A DNA stretch of 51,054 nt from Klebsiella pneumoniae (lineage in GTDB: Bacteria; Pseudomonadota; Gammaproteobacteria; Burkholderiales; SG8-39): positions 1 to 51,054 of the forward strand of contig CAMDRJ010000003.1 in assembly GCA_945906755.1 (NCBI GenBank), written 5' to 3'. Below, one piece after another: positions 37,525 through 46,646 of the stretch (its first letter is position 1; each line of letters opens with the position of its first letter). A program made the translations under genes and the position numbers. The notes under the pieces are model-generated. The model was given only the letters and a program-made list of their open reading frames with translations. It did no database searches and was not told the origin of the DNA.

Positions 37525-38943
37525 ATGGCAATAGAAGTCAATGAGAAACCCCTACGAGCTGTCGTGGCCGCGGTACAACTCCAGCGGGTGAGCGATGCGG
37601 AGTTCGAGGCGTCCTTAAACGAACTGCGCGAACTTGCCAAGACGCTTGGGTTCGAGGTGGTCGGGACCTTTACGCAGAAGCGCGCTGGTTTCGATCAGAC
37701 GGCCTACCTCGGCGTGGGCAAGCGCGAGGAGATGCGCCGTTTCGTTGACCCCGTCGCCGCGCGCGAATACGCAGAGGCCTTTCCCTCCGCACCGGATACG
37801 TCTCATCGCGCGACGAAGAGCGGGGCGGCCAGGGCGAAAGAGGCGGCGAAATCCGAAGCCGATCCAGAGAACCGCCACGCCGACGTCGTGCTGGTCGACC
37901 ATGAAATTACGCCCTCGCAAGCGCGCAACCTCGAAATCGAAGTCGGCTGCGAGGTGATGGATCGCACCATGGTCATCCTTGAAATCTTTCATCGCCATGC
38001 GCGCTCGCGTGCCGCACGTGCCCAAGTGGAAATCGCGCGCCTTGGCTATATGGCGCCGCGCTTGCGCGAGGCAGCGAAACTCGCCGGGCCGAAGGGGCGG
38101 CAGCGCAGCGGCACGGGCGGGCGCGGTGCCGGCGAAGCGCATAGCGAACTCGATCGGCAAAAAATCCGTCATCGGATCGCCGAATTGAAAGAGGAAATCA
38201 CGGCGATGGATGTCGAGCGCAAGACGCAGCGTGCCAGGCGTCAAGAGAGCCAGGGGCTCGCACGCGTGGCGCTGGTCGGCTACACGAATGCGGGCAAGTC
38301 CACGCTCATGCGCGCATTGACCGGCAGCGAGGTGCTGGTGGCCAACAAGCTCTTCGCGACGCTCGATACGACGGTGCGTACGCTGCATCCGCAGACCGTA
38401 CCGCATGTGCTGGTGAGCGATACCGTCGGTTTCATCAAGAATCTGCCGCACGACTTGGTCGCATCGTTCAAATCAACATTGGAAGAGGCCCTAGAAGCAT
38501 CGCTTCTGCTTCATGTCATCGATGCGAGCGATGTGGGGTTCGAGCGGCAACTCGCGGTGACCGAGGAAGTGTTCAAAGAGATCGGTGCGCAAGCCGTGCC
38601 GCGCATCCGCATCTTCAACAAGATCGATTGCGTCGGTGACGATGCAGCCCAAGCGGCGCACACGGCGATGCTGCGGGAGCGATACCCGGACTGCATCGTG
38701 ATGAGTGCGCGTCGCGCGGAGGATGTCGCGGCGCTGCATGAAGTGATCCGGCTGTTCTTTCAGAAGAATCTCATCGTGGTGGAGCTATTCCTGCCATGGT
38801 CAGCGCAGCAATTGCGCGGAGAGATTTTCGAGCGTTGCGAGGTTCTGGAAGAGCGCGCGGACGAGGCGGGGACATTTTTCCGGGTGCGCGGGGAGCCCGA
38901 AACCGTCAATGGCATGCGCAAGCGCTTCGGTCAGAAGGAATGA
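37525..38943 (+). CDS. hflX: GTPase HflX
   Basis: DRTMVILEIF..HA, GYTNAGKS, LFATLD, DTVGF and NKID motifs. Confidence 0.93.
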   Translation: MAIEVNEKPLRAVVAAVQLQRVSDAEFEASLNELRELAKTLGFEVVGTFTQKRAGFDQTAYLGVGKREEMRRFVDPVAAREYAEAFPSAPDTSHRATKSGAARAKEAAKSEADPENRHADVVLVDHEITPSQARNLEIEVGCEVMDRTMVILEIFHRHARSRAARAQVEIARLGYMAPRLREAAKLAGPKGRQRSGTGGRGAGEAHSELDRQKIRHRIAELKEEITAMDVERKTQRARRQESQGLARVALVGYTNAGKSTLMRALTGSEVLVANKLFATLDTTVRTLHPQTVPHVLVSDTVGFIKNLPHDLVASFKSTLEEALEASLLLHVIDASDVGFERQLAVTEEVFKEIGAQAVPRIRIFNKIDCVGDDAAQAAHTAMLRERYPDCIVMSARRAEDVAALHEVIRLFFQKNLIVVELFLPWSAQQLRGEIFERCEVLEERADEAGTFFRVRGEPETVNGMRKRFGQKE

Positions 38944-38957
38944 ATCTGAAGCTCTTG

Positions 38958-39368
38958 TTATTGATTGATGACCAATGCCGCGCCTGTTAAACCGAGATGA
39001 AAATCTGTTGACCAACACTGGCGTAGCTTGCGCGCCACGATGTGATCTAAGCCTGTCGCGTCCGCAAGCGTTAGATCTTGATCCTTGAATTTGCGCATTA
39101 ACGCCGTTGCGCGTTTGATCTCAGCCGGCCCCACTGGGAACACCGTAAGCGGCGACATCGCGTCGATCATTGCCATGAATTGCATCGCCCGATAACGGTC
39201 GTAGCGTTTGAGGAACCATGCATGACCTTCGGCGATCACCAAGCTGGTGGTCGCCAGCTTGGGTGGCGCGGAGAATAGTTGCCGAAATAAGGCGTTAAAA
39301 GTATCGGAGCGATCCAGCAACGCGATGAACGCCGACGTATCGACGTAAGCCTCAGGGTTTTTGGCCAT
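38958..39368 (-). CDS. vapC: PIN-domain toxin (VapC)
   Basis: YVDTSAF, VIAE, LTLADA and WSTD motifs. Confidence 0.85.
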   Translation of the reverse strand: MAKNPEAYVDTSAFIALLDRSDTFNALFRQLFSAPPKLATTSLVIAEGHAWFLKRYDRYRAMQFMAMIDAMSPLTVFPVGPAEIKRATALMRKFKDQDLTLADATGLDHIVARKLRQCWSTDFHLGLTGAALVINQ

Positions 39369-39576
39369 AAATTACGTCATCGATGTTCCGACTGGAATTG
39401 GGGTCGCCGGATTCAACCATGCCCGCGTAACGCATCCACGGCTTGGATTCATCGACCGGGATCACATTGCGTAATGAGCGACGCAACAATTCGGCCAAGG
39501 AGATGCCGAGGCGCTTTGCTTCGGCCTTCGCGGCTTTGTATTCGGGTTCCAGCAGGCTGATCTGCGTTCGTATCAT
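39352..39576 (-). CDS. CopG/RHH antitoxin
   Basis: MIRTQISL...GISLAELLRRSL...SRNIDDVIYG; GGAGG RBS; overlaps the PIN gene. Confidence 0.85.
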   Translation of the reverse strand: MIRTQISLLEPEYKAAKAEAKRLGISLAELLRRSLRNVIPVDESKPWMRYAGMVESGDPNSSRNIDDVIYGQKP

Positions 39577-39679
39577 GATAACACCTCCGCATATTATGAT
39601 ATCACTAGAACCTATCTCGGAAATCCGCGGGAACCGCGTTGCTGCCCATGCCGGATGAATGCAAGGCATCCGGTGACGC

Positions 39680-39750
39680 GGTAACTTGGCAGGGCCGAAC
39701 AGTCCGAACCACATCCCGTTGAACGCGGTTTCCGGCCAGCCCGATGCTGC
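39680..39750 (-). pseudogene. Internal fragment of a Bug/TctC gene
   Basis: Encodes GWPETAFNGMWFGLFGPAKLP, closely matching RLPEVAFDGMWFGLFGPAKMP in the TctC at 43283-44248. Confidence 0.7.
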
Positions 39751-39816
39751 ATAACAGTACCAAGCCCCTTCGCCCGGAATGCGATGAGCGCTGATGGCGC
39801 CACCGGGGGAGCGCGT

Positions 39817-40022
39817 TCACAAGCACTCGAGGGCGTCGCTGTTTGGCAATCGGTAGCGCGCGAAGTCCTTGATATCAACGGTCATGATCGTCCGCATGCC
39901 GGTTTCATGCGCAACCCATAACAGCGAGGCATCCGCGAGATCCATGTCGCGCTTGGGGCGCTCGGAGTACCGGCGCATCCACGGCAGCATCACGGTAAGG
40001 TGGGAAGCGTCAAACGTGCCCG
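39817..40022 (-). pseudogene. 3' half of a PIN-domain toxin
   Basis: MDLADASLLWVA...IMTVD.KDF..YRL C-terminal PIN motifs; no N-terminal D(T/S) motif before the upstream gene's stop. Confidence 0.75.
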
Positions 40023-40037
40023 ACCAGCGACGCAACC

Positions 40038-40970
40038 TCACCTTTCACCATGTGACGTCTGCGCCGGAAAATGCCTATGCCAGTGCCGCGCGATATCGAT
40101 GCCGCGACAAAACCAGACGTCCTGGTGGCCTTTCATATGTTCGATCAGCCGAATAAGCCCTGCGCATCGTCCAGGCCTGCCGATCAGTCGGTCATGCAGG
40201 CCGATCGAGAGCAGCTTCGGTGACCCCTTTTGGCCTTCGCGATAAAGAAGGTCGAAGGCGTCGCGCAGGTAAATGAAAAAATCATCCGCGGTTGAAAACC
40301 CGCTGTTTTCGTTGCAGCGGTTGTCATTGGTTTCAAACGAATAGGGGATCACGAGGTGCGGTTGGTTGCCGACATGGAGCCAATAGGGCAACTCGTCGGC
40401 CAGCGAATCGCGGTCGTATAGGAAGCCGCCCGCTTCGATGTTCAAGCGCCGGGTATTGGGGCCGGGTCGTCCGGTCATCCAGCCAAGCGGCCGTGTGCCG
40501 GTGGTTTTTTCAAGGCTTTCAATGGCGCGGCGGATGTGATCGCGTTCGATATCCTCGGGCACATCGCCGTAATCGATCCAGCGATACCCGTGCGAGACGA
40601 TTTCATGCCCGCGGTTGACGCAGGCGCGCGCCAACTCAGGATTCTGCTCTAACGCGCGTGCGACGCCGAGCACGCTCACTGTAATCGAGAAATCTCGGAA
40701 GACATCAAGCACGCGCCAGGCGCCGCGGCGACTTCCATATTCGAATGACGACTCCACCAGCGGCACCCGCTTGCCAAGCTGCGCGGGAACGCCGATGTCG
40801 TTGAGCATTCCCTCGGATCGATCGTCGCCATTGACAAGCGACATTTCGCCGCCGCCTTCGATGTTGAGATTGAAGTTGACAGCGATCAGCGCGCCATCCG
40901 GCCAAGCGGGATGCGGTGGGTGTTCACCATAGCCAACGAAATCGCGGGCGATCATCGGGTCCGGGTTCAT
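40038..40970 (-). CDS. Polysaccharide deacetylase / allantoinase PuuE-like protein
   Basis: RDFVGYG, FEYGSR.G, HEIVSHGYRW, ADELPYW and IGLH.RLIGRP motifs. Confidence 0.88.
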   Translation of the reverse strand: MNPDPMIARDFVGYGEHPPHPAWPDGALIAVNFNLNIEGGGEMSLVNGDDRSEGMLNDIGVPAQLGKRVPLVESSFEYGSRRGAWRVLDVFRDFSITVSVLGVARALEQNPELARACVNRGHEIVSHGYRWIDYGDVPEDIERDHIRRAIESLEKTTGTRPLGWMTGRPGPNTRRLNIEAGGFLYDRDSLADELPYWLHVGNQPHLVIPYSFETNDNRCNENSGFSTADDFFIYLRDAFDLLYREGQKGSPKLLSIGLHDRLIGRPGRCAGLIRLIEHMKGHQDVWFCRGIDIARHWHRHFPAQTSHGER

Positions 40971-42109
40971 CACGATTCCTTGTTCGGTCGGATGAGTGGC
41001 GCCACGCAGGGATCGTAGCAATAGAACCAATCGGTGTCGGTCGGCCCGCGCATCCAACTGTTCTCAATGGAGATGCGCTGCGTGGCGGCAACCCGCTCGA
41101 TGCGCGTTGCTTCATACCAGCGATAGACCTCATCGGGATCGTCGAACTGCGCGAGGCAACGGCTGAGGATCGCCGCGTCTTCGATCGCCATCGCACCGCC
41201 CGCTGCCATGAAGGGCCGCATCGGATGACAAGCGTCGCCCAGGAGCACAATGCGTCCGCCGCTCCAGCGGTCATTGCGCTCGCGATCGAAGACGGGCCAA
41301 ATCGAAACATCATCGGTGACTTCGAGCACGCGAAGCAGGTCAGGATGAAAATTCGCAAAATCTGCAATCAACTCGGCGCGCGAACCGGGCAACGACGCGG
41401 CATCAGTCTCCCACTTGGATCTGGGTGCAACGCCAATGACGTAGATCTCGTCGCGCTTCCCCGTCATGAAATACACGAGGAGATGCCGGTCGCGGCCCCA
41501 CCATTTCGTGCAGTCGGGAATCTTGAATCCGCGTAACGCCGTGGTCGGGAAGATAGCCCGATGTGCAACCGATCCGATGAAACGTGGCGGTTCGGCGCCC
41601 AACAACGACTCTCTGACTTTGGAGTTGATGCCGTCCGCGCCGATGACGATATCGGCATCGACCGTCACGCCGTTTGCAAAGGCCAGACGGATGGTGTCGC
41701 GTGATTCATCGAGGGTAAGCAGGCGATGATTGAAGGCAATCGATCCGGGCGCCAACCCTTTTTCGAGCACGGCATGCAGATCGCCGCGATGGATGTTGAG
41801 ATACGGCCCGCCGAATCGCACTTCGCTAGCGGCATCGAAGTCGATTTTGTACATCGTCTCGCCTGAGTCCCAAGCGCGGCTGATATAGGAATCGGCCTTG
41901 ATCCCCGTCTCGACAATCATTTGCTCAAGGCCAAGGCGACGCAGCACCTTCATGACATTGGCGCTCAGGATGATGCCCGCGCCGATGCGAGAAAACCCCG
42001 GTGCCTGCTCGTACACGGTGACTGCGAATCCGGCGCGTTGCAGAAAGCCCGCGACCGTCATCCCGCCAAGCCCTGCGCCGACTACCGCGATACGTGTCGT
42101 CCGATCCAT
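40970..42109 (-). CDS. nicC: FAD-dependent monooxygenase, 6-hydroxynicotinate 3-monooxygenase-like
   Basis: GAGLGG, HRGDLH, GADGINS, CTKWW..DRHLLVY and LGDACHPM motifs match the NicC group. Confidence 0.7.
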   Translation of the reverse strand: MDRTTRIAVVGAGLGGMTVAGFLQRAGFAVTVYEQAPGFSRIGAGIILSANVMKVLRRLGLEQMIVETGIKADSYISRAWDSGETMYKIDFDAASEVRFGGPYLNIHRGDLHAVLEKGLAPGSIAFNHRLLTLDESRDTIRLAFANGVTVDADIVIGADGINSKVRESLLGAEPPRFIGSVAHRAIFPTTALRGFKIPDCTKWWGRDRHLLVYFMTGKRDEIYVIGVAPRSKWETDAASLPGSRAELIADFANFHPDLLRVLEVTDDVSIWPVFDRERNDRWSGGRIVLLGDACHPMRPFMAAGGAMAIEDAAILSRCLAQFDDPDEVYRWYEATRIERVAATQRISIENSWMRGPTDTDWFYCYDPCVAPLIRPNKES

Positions 42110-42262
42110 TGCTTCATCCTGGGTGTTGGCGCGGCCGCACGCTATGGCCTGTCTGAGAGAAACCTGCCGGACAATTTGACGCCTCCAGCTGCCCCCGGTC
42201 AAGGTTGCGTGATGTATCTGTTCCTTTCCGGATTGCCCGTCCGCGGTCGGCTCGACACGCTG

Positions 42263-42287
42263 TCCTTACCATTCTATGATGTAAGGA
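42263..42287. promoter_or_regulatory. Operator palindrome of the AbrB-PIN operon
   Basis: TCCTTAC-N11-GTAAGGA perfect arms enclosing TATGAT, 27 bp upstream of the antitoxin ATG. Confidence 0.6.
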
Positions 42288-42313
42288 ATATACACCCTGC
42301 AAAGGACCACGCT

Positions 42314-42592
42314 ATGTTCGCCACGCTGACCAGCAAGGGCCAGATCACGCTGCCAAAGGAGATTCGCGATCGTCTTGGACTGGACGCCGGTTCCGTGCTC
42401 GACTTCGCGATACTTCCTGACAATACGATCGCGGCACGTCTCGTCAAGCCCAATGCCCGCCGCCTACGTGGCCTGCTGAAGTCGCCGCACGCAAAGCCGG
42501 TGACCGTCCGACAGATGGACGAAGGGATAGCGCGGCTCCTGCGCGAGAAGCACGTTCGCTTATCTCGCCCGCCGAAGCCCTCCGGCCGATGA
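42314..42592 (+). CDS. AbrB/MazE/SpoVT-family antitoxin
   Basis: ATLTSKGQITLPKEIRDRLGL motif. Confidence 0.9.
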   Translation: MFATLTSKGQITLPKEIRDRLGLDAGSVLDFAILPDNTIAARLVKPNARRLRGLLKSPHAKPVTVRQMDEGIARLLREKHVRLSRPPKPSGR

Positions 42593-42984
42593 TCGGACTC
42601 GACACCAACATCCTGCTGCGTCTTTGGCTCAACGACGATCCGGCCCAAAACAAACGCATCGACGTCTTATTGGCCGAGCACGGCAACACCCCTGGATCTT
42701 TGCTGGTTACCGACGTGGTCCTCGCAGAAGCAATCTGGACCCTTCGCTCAGCCTTCGATCAGGACAAAGCGTCGCAATTGCTGGCCCTTCGCAGCCTGCT
42801 CGATGAAACCGCGTTTGCCTTCGAGGACCGCGAGGCTGTTCATCGTGCCGTCCTTCTATTCGAACAGGGAACCAGCAGCTTCCCGGACTGCCTTGTCGTC
42901 GCCAAGCACGAACGTCATGGTTGCGACTTCACGGCGACCTTCGATCGCGGGATGCGCAAGTTGCCGGGTGTCCGAGTCGTTTGA
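42589..42984 (+). CDS. vapC: PIN-domain toxin (VapC)
   Basis: IGLDTNIL, VLAEAIW, FPDCL and TFDR motifs; ATGA overlap. Confidence 0.9.
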   Translation: MIGLDTNILLRLWLNDDPAQNKRIDVLLAEHGNTPGSLLVTDVVLAEAIWTLRSAFDQDKASQLLALRSLLDETAFAFEDREAVHRAVLLFEQGTSSFPDCLVVAKHERHGCDFTATFDRGMRKLPGVRVV

Positions 42985-42995
42985 GGTCTTGTTAC

Positions 42996-43124
42996 CTGGA
43001 CCATTGGCCGCGCGGCGATCCGGCGGACCACATCATCGTCGCCACCGCCAAGCACATGGGTGCCTCACTCGTTACGGCCGATGACCGATTGCGAGCAATT
43101 CCAGAGACCGCCACGATCTGGTGA
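42996..43124 (+). pseudogene. 3' remnant of a PIN-domain toxin
   Basis: GDPADHIIVATA...LVTADDRL...TIW* C-terminal PIN signature with no 5' half. Confidence 0.78.
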
Positions 43125-43282
43125 GAAGAGCGCTGCTCGGTATGCAGCCACGGCATTGGTGCTCGGTGCTCGGTGCTGGGGCGCAGGCCTTGTTGAATGT
43201 CAGGTGCTCCCAGAGAGCGCTTGCTCGACGTGACGGCCAGCGCGCAGGTGGCCGTCGCGCAAGCGTTCTGGCGCCTAGCCCC

Positions 43283-44248
43283 TCACATCGCCGCCAACCC
43301 GAGTTCGGTGGCGATCTTGCTCCAGCGCGCGAAGTCTGCTCTAAGCAAGGCGCCGAGTGCCTCGGGCGCCGAGCTCTCCGGCTTCAGCGAGCGCAGCGCC
43401 AACTTCTCGCGCATATCGGGTCGTTTGAGCAACGCGTTGACTTCCTGGGCGAGGCGATTGATCCGCTCGCTTGGCATCTTGGCGGGGCCGAATAGTCCAA
43501 ACCACATTCCATCGAACGCGACTTCCGGCAAGCGGGATTCCGTCATAGTCGGCACGTCGGGAACATCCGCGTCGCGATTCGCACCAAACACCGCAAGCAT
43601 GCGCAAGCGCCCGTTCTTGGCGAGCTCGATTTGCGCGCCCAAGGGGTTGATGGCGACGTCGATGCGTCCTGCCATCAAGTCTTGCAGCGATTGCACCGGG
43701 CCTTTGTAGTTCACGCGTGTCATGGAAATGCTCGTGGCTTTCATGAGCATGCCGGCGAGCAGCGTGTCCACCGAACCGACGCTCGCATAATTCAGCTTGC
43801 CCGGGTTGGCGCGGGCGAAATCGATCAGATCACCAACCGATTTGACGGCAGACGTCGGGCTCACGGAGAGCGACATGCTCATGCGGCCGATCAGCGAAAT
43901 CGGCGCAAAGTCGCGGCGCGAATCGAACGTGACGTGCTTGTTGAGTAGCGGTGTCCCCACCATGGACGAGAACTCGAACAGGGCGATGGTATGTCCGTCA
44001 GCCGTGGCATCACGGACCGCATCCGCTGCAATCGCCATTTCCGCGCCCGGCTTGTTCTCCACCAACACCGGCTGGCCAAGCGATTCGCCGAGTCCTTGGG
44101 CGAAGATGCGAGCCAGTGCGTCGGCGGCACTCCCCGGGGGCACGCCAACTACCAGTCTTATCGGCTTCGCGGGGTACTGAGCCGATGCAGAGGTTGCGGC
44201 CAATGCTGCACATAGAATCAATACGAACCTCAGTGCGAACCTATTCAT
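43283..44248 (-). CDS. Bug/TctC substrate-binding protein
   Basis: Signal peptide; YPAKPI, PPGSAAD, ENKPGA and VNYKG motifs. Confidence 0.9.
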   Translation of the reverse strand: MNRFALRFVLILCAALAATSASAQYPAKPIRLVVGVPPGSAADALARIFAQGLGESLGQPVLVENKPGAEMAIAADAVRDATADGHTIALFEFSSMVGTPLLNKHVTFDSRRDFAPISLIGRMSMSLSVSPTSAVKSVGDLIDFARANPGKLNYASVGSVDTLLAGMLMKATSISMTRVNYKGPVQSLQDLMAGRIDVAINPLGAQIELAKNGRLRMLAVFGANRDADVPDVPTMTESRLPEVAFDGMWFGLFGPAKMPSERINRLAQEVNALLKRPDMREKLALRSLKPESSAPEALGALLRADFARWSKIATELGLAAM

Positions 44249-44293
44249 CGTTTTTCTCCAGTGTTGACCGGGCTCGGAGCGTATCGCAGCGGG

Positions 44294-44313
44294 CATAACA
44301 TTCAATTAATATG
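44294..44313. promoter_or_regulatory. Putative LysR binding site between divergent tctC and lysR
   Basis: AT-rich CATAACATTCAATTAATATG containing a T-N11-A box. Confidence 0.4.
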
Positions 44314-44349
44314 TTCGACTACCCCATTCACTTTATTTGAAGGTCTCCT

Positions 44350-45282
44350 GTGCAACGCAGTGATCGGATCGGGCGCGGACTAAAGCTCAAGGATCTCCAT
44401 ACCTTTCGCGCTGTCGCGGAGCGGGGCAGCATGGCAAAGGCCGCCGCCGACCTGGCGTTGACGCCGCCCGCAATTTCCAAGGTGATCGGCGATATGGAGA
44501 AGCTCCTGGGTGTGAGCCTCCTCGATCGCACGCCACTGGGTGTCACCCCCACGCGGTACGGCGAGGCTTTGCTCAAAGGGTCCGTCAACCTGTTTGACGA
44601 TCTGCGGCAGACCGTCGAGCACATCGCATTTCTTGCCAACCCAACGGTCGGTGAGGTGCGAATCGGCACCATGGACACATCGCTCGGGAGCCTGCTGCCG
44701 GTGGTCATCGACCGGTTATCACGCCAACATCCCGCGTTGGTATTTCACGTCACGAGCACCAATAGTTACCGAGAGCTTGGCAGCGCGTTGCGTGCCCGCG
44801 CGATCGATATCGTCGTGAATCGGCTCGATTCGCAGCCCGAGGAAGAATTCGAGATGGAACCCCTTTTTGACGATCCATTGGTGGTTATTACCGGTCGCGA
44901 TAATCCACGTTTTCGGGGTCGCAGCGTAAGACTCGCGCAACTACTGGATGAGGCCTGGTGCGTGCCGCACGAGACACACACGATTGGCGCCATCATTCGG
45001 CAGGCGTTCCGAATAAACGGTCTGGAGTATCCGAAGATTTCCGTCACTTGCGTCTCGATGCAAATGCAAACAGCGCTCGTGGAAACCGGGCGGTTCATTA
45101 CGGTGGTGCCGGCATCCTATCTGCGCTTTCGGTCAAACACGACTTCACTCAGGGTCCTGCCCGTCGATTTGCAGGTCAGCGTGCCGCCAATAGGCTTTGT
45201 TACCTTGAAGAATCGCGCGATCAGTCCGGTGACAGAGCTGTTCATCAAGACATTGCGGGCGGTGGCCAAGGAGAGGATGTGA
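44350..45282 (+). CDS. LysR-family transcriptional regulator
   Basis: HTH GSMAKAAADLALTPPAISK...E..LGV.LLDR followed by a substrate-binding domain. Confidence 0.92.
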   Translation: MQRSDRIGRGLKLKDLHTFRAVAERGSMAKAAADLALTPPAISKVIGDMEKLLGVSLLDRTPLGVTPTRYGEALLKGSVNLFDDLRQTVEHIAFLANPTVGEVRIGTMDTSLGSLLPVVIDRLSRQHPALVFHVTSTNSYRELGSALRARAIDIVVNRLDSQPEEEFEMEPLFDDPLVVITGRDNPRFRGRSVRLAQLLDEAWCVPHETHTIGAIIRQAFRINGLEYPKISVTCVSMQMQTALVETGRFITVVPASYLRFRSNTTSLRVLPVDLQVSVPPIGFVTLKNRAISPVTELFIKTLRAVAKERM

Positions 45283-45294
45283 GTAACCAAATGC

Positions 45295-45783
45295 CTACCC
45301 GCCCCGCATCTCCGCCGCCGCCGACAACACCGCATCGATGATGAACTGATAGCCGGTACAGCGGCAGATATTGCCGTTCAGCCACTCCCGCACTTCGTGC
45401 TCGGTGGGATTCCTATTTTCTTCCAGCAATGCCACGGCCGCGACGAGAAATCCCGGCGTACAAAAGCCGCATTGCAACGCGTGGTGACGCTTGAAGGCAG
45501 CCTGTACCGGATGGAGGACTGCGCCTTTTGCAAGACCCTCGACGGTACGAATTGCCGCACCGTTTGCTTGCGCGGCCAGCGTTAGACATGAGCGTGCCAG
45601 TGAGCCGTCAATCGTGACGGTGCAAGCGCCGCATGCGCCATGCTCGCAGCCAAGATGCGTGCCGGTCAAACCGGCGTCTTCACGGATGAAATCGGCAAGC
45701 GTTCGGCGAGCTTCGATGTTGCCTGAATACTCGCGGCCGTTGATCGAGAGTTCGATAGCAATGCGTTGGGCGGGTGCTGGCAT
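45295..45783 (-). CDS. (2Fe-2S)-binding subunit of a xanthine dehydrogenase-family enzyme (CoxS-like)
   Basis: CEHGACGAC, QCGFC and CRCTGY motifs. Confidence 0.92.
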   Translation of the reverse strand: MPAPAQRIAIELSINGREYSGNIEARRTLADFIREDAGLTGTHLGCEHGACGACTVTIDGSLARSCLTLAAQANGAAIRTVEGLAKGAVLHPVQAAFKRHHALQCGFCTPGFLVAAVALLEENRNPTEHEVREWLNGNICRCTGYQFIIDAVLSAAAEMRGG

Positions 45784-45785
45784 GT

Positions 45786-46646
45786 TTAACTCGGTTGCAT
45801 CGCGCGGGTGAGCGCAGTGTCGAGCGCACGTTGCACCAGCACCGCTGCGATGGAGCGGCGATATGCGGCGCTCGCGTGTAGATCGGTGCGCGCGTCAATC
45901 GATTGCGCGACGTGCTGTCCGAACGCTTCCAGGGTTGTCGCGTTGATGGGTGCGCCCGCCGCAAATTTGGATAAAGAGAATCTCACCGGCGTATCACCCA
46001 CGCCACCAAGCGCTACCGCGCCTTCGGTTTCGTCGCGATGAATGCGGGCGGCGACCGACACCACTGCGAAATCACCGCTTCGCCTGGCCATCTCGCAAAA
46101 CGCAAACCCAGTTGCGGACGCGGGTGCCGGAAATTGCACGGCCGTGACCAACTCGTCTGCCTGTGCCGATGTGACCATCGCACTTGCAAAGAATTCGGCG
46201 GCGCGCACCCTTCGCTCGCCGGCTTGCGAAAGCAGCAACAACTCGGCGTCCAGCAACAGCGCGCAGACCGGCAATTCCGCGGCTGGATCAGCATGGCAGA
46301 GCGATCCGACGACCGTGCCGCGACTGCGTGTGGCGATATGACCGATATGCGAGATCGCTTCAGTGAGCAAGCTAGAGAACGATCGGATCAGCGGCGAACG
46401 CTCGGCCACGCGCTGTCGGACCATCGCGCCGATGCGCAGCCTGCCGTCAGCCTGTTCGATGCGATCAAGATCCTTGATGCGCGCGATATCGATCAGCACC
46501 TTGGGGCGCAGCATGCGCAGATTGAGCAACGGCATCAGGCTCTGTCCGCCCGCGATGATCTTCGCCTCAACCCCATACTCACGCAACAGCGCGGTGCATT
46601 CCTCGATGGTTTGCGGCGCCACGTAAGAAAAAACGGGCGGCTTCAT
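45786..46646 (-). CDS. FAD-binding subunit of a xanthine dehydrogenase-family enzyme (CoxM-like)
   Basis: AGGQSL and RSRGTVVGSLCHADP motifs. Confidence 0.92.
   Translation of the reverse strand: MKPPVFSYVAPQTIEECTALLREYGVEAKIIAGGQSLMPLLNLRMLRPKVLIDIARIKDLDRIEQADGRLRIGAMVRQRVAERSPLIRSFSSLLTEAISHIGHIATRSRGTVVGSLCHADPAAELPVCALLLDAELLLLSQAGERRVRAAEFFASAMVTSAQADELVTAVQFPAPASATGFAFCEMARRSGDFAVVSVAARIHRDETEGAVALGGVGDTPVRFSLSKFAAGAPINATTLEAFGQHVAQSIDARTDLHASAAYRRSIAAVLVQRALDTALTRAMQPS

Noticed and set aside
43158-43178. GGTGCTC tandem repeat (about 3 copies)
   Set aside because: Too short and degenerate to support a function; not CRISPR-like.
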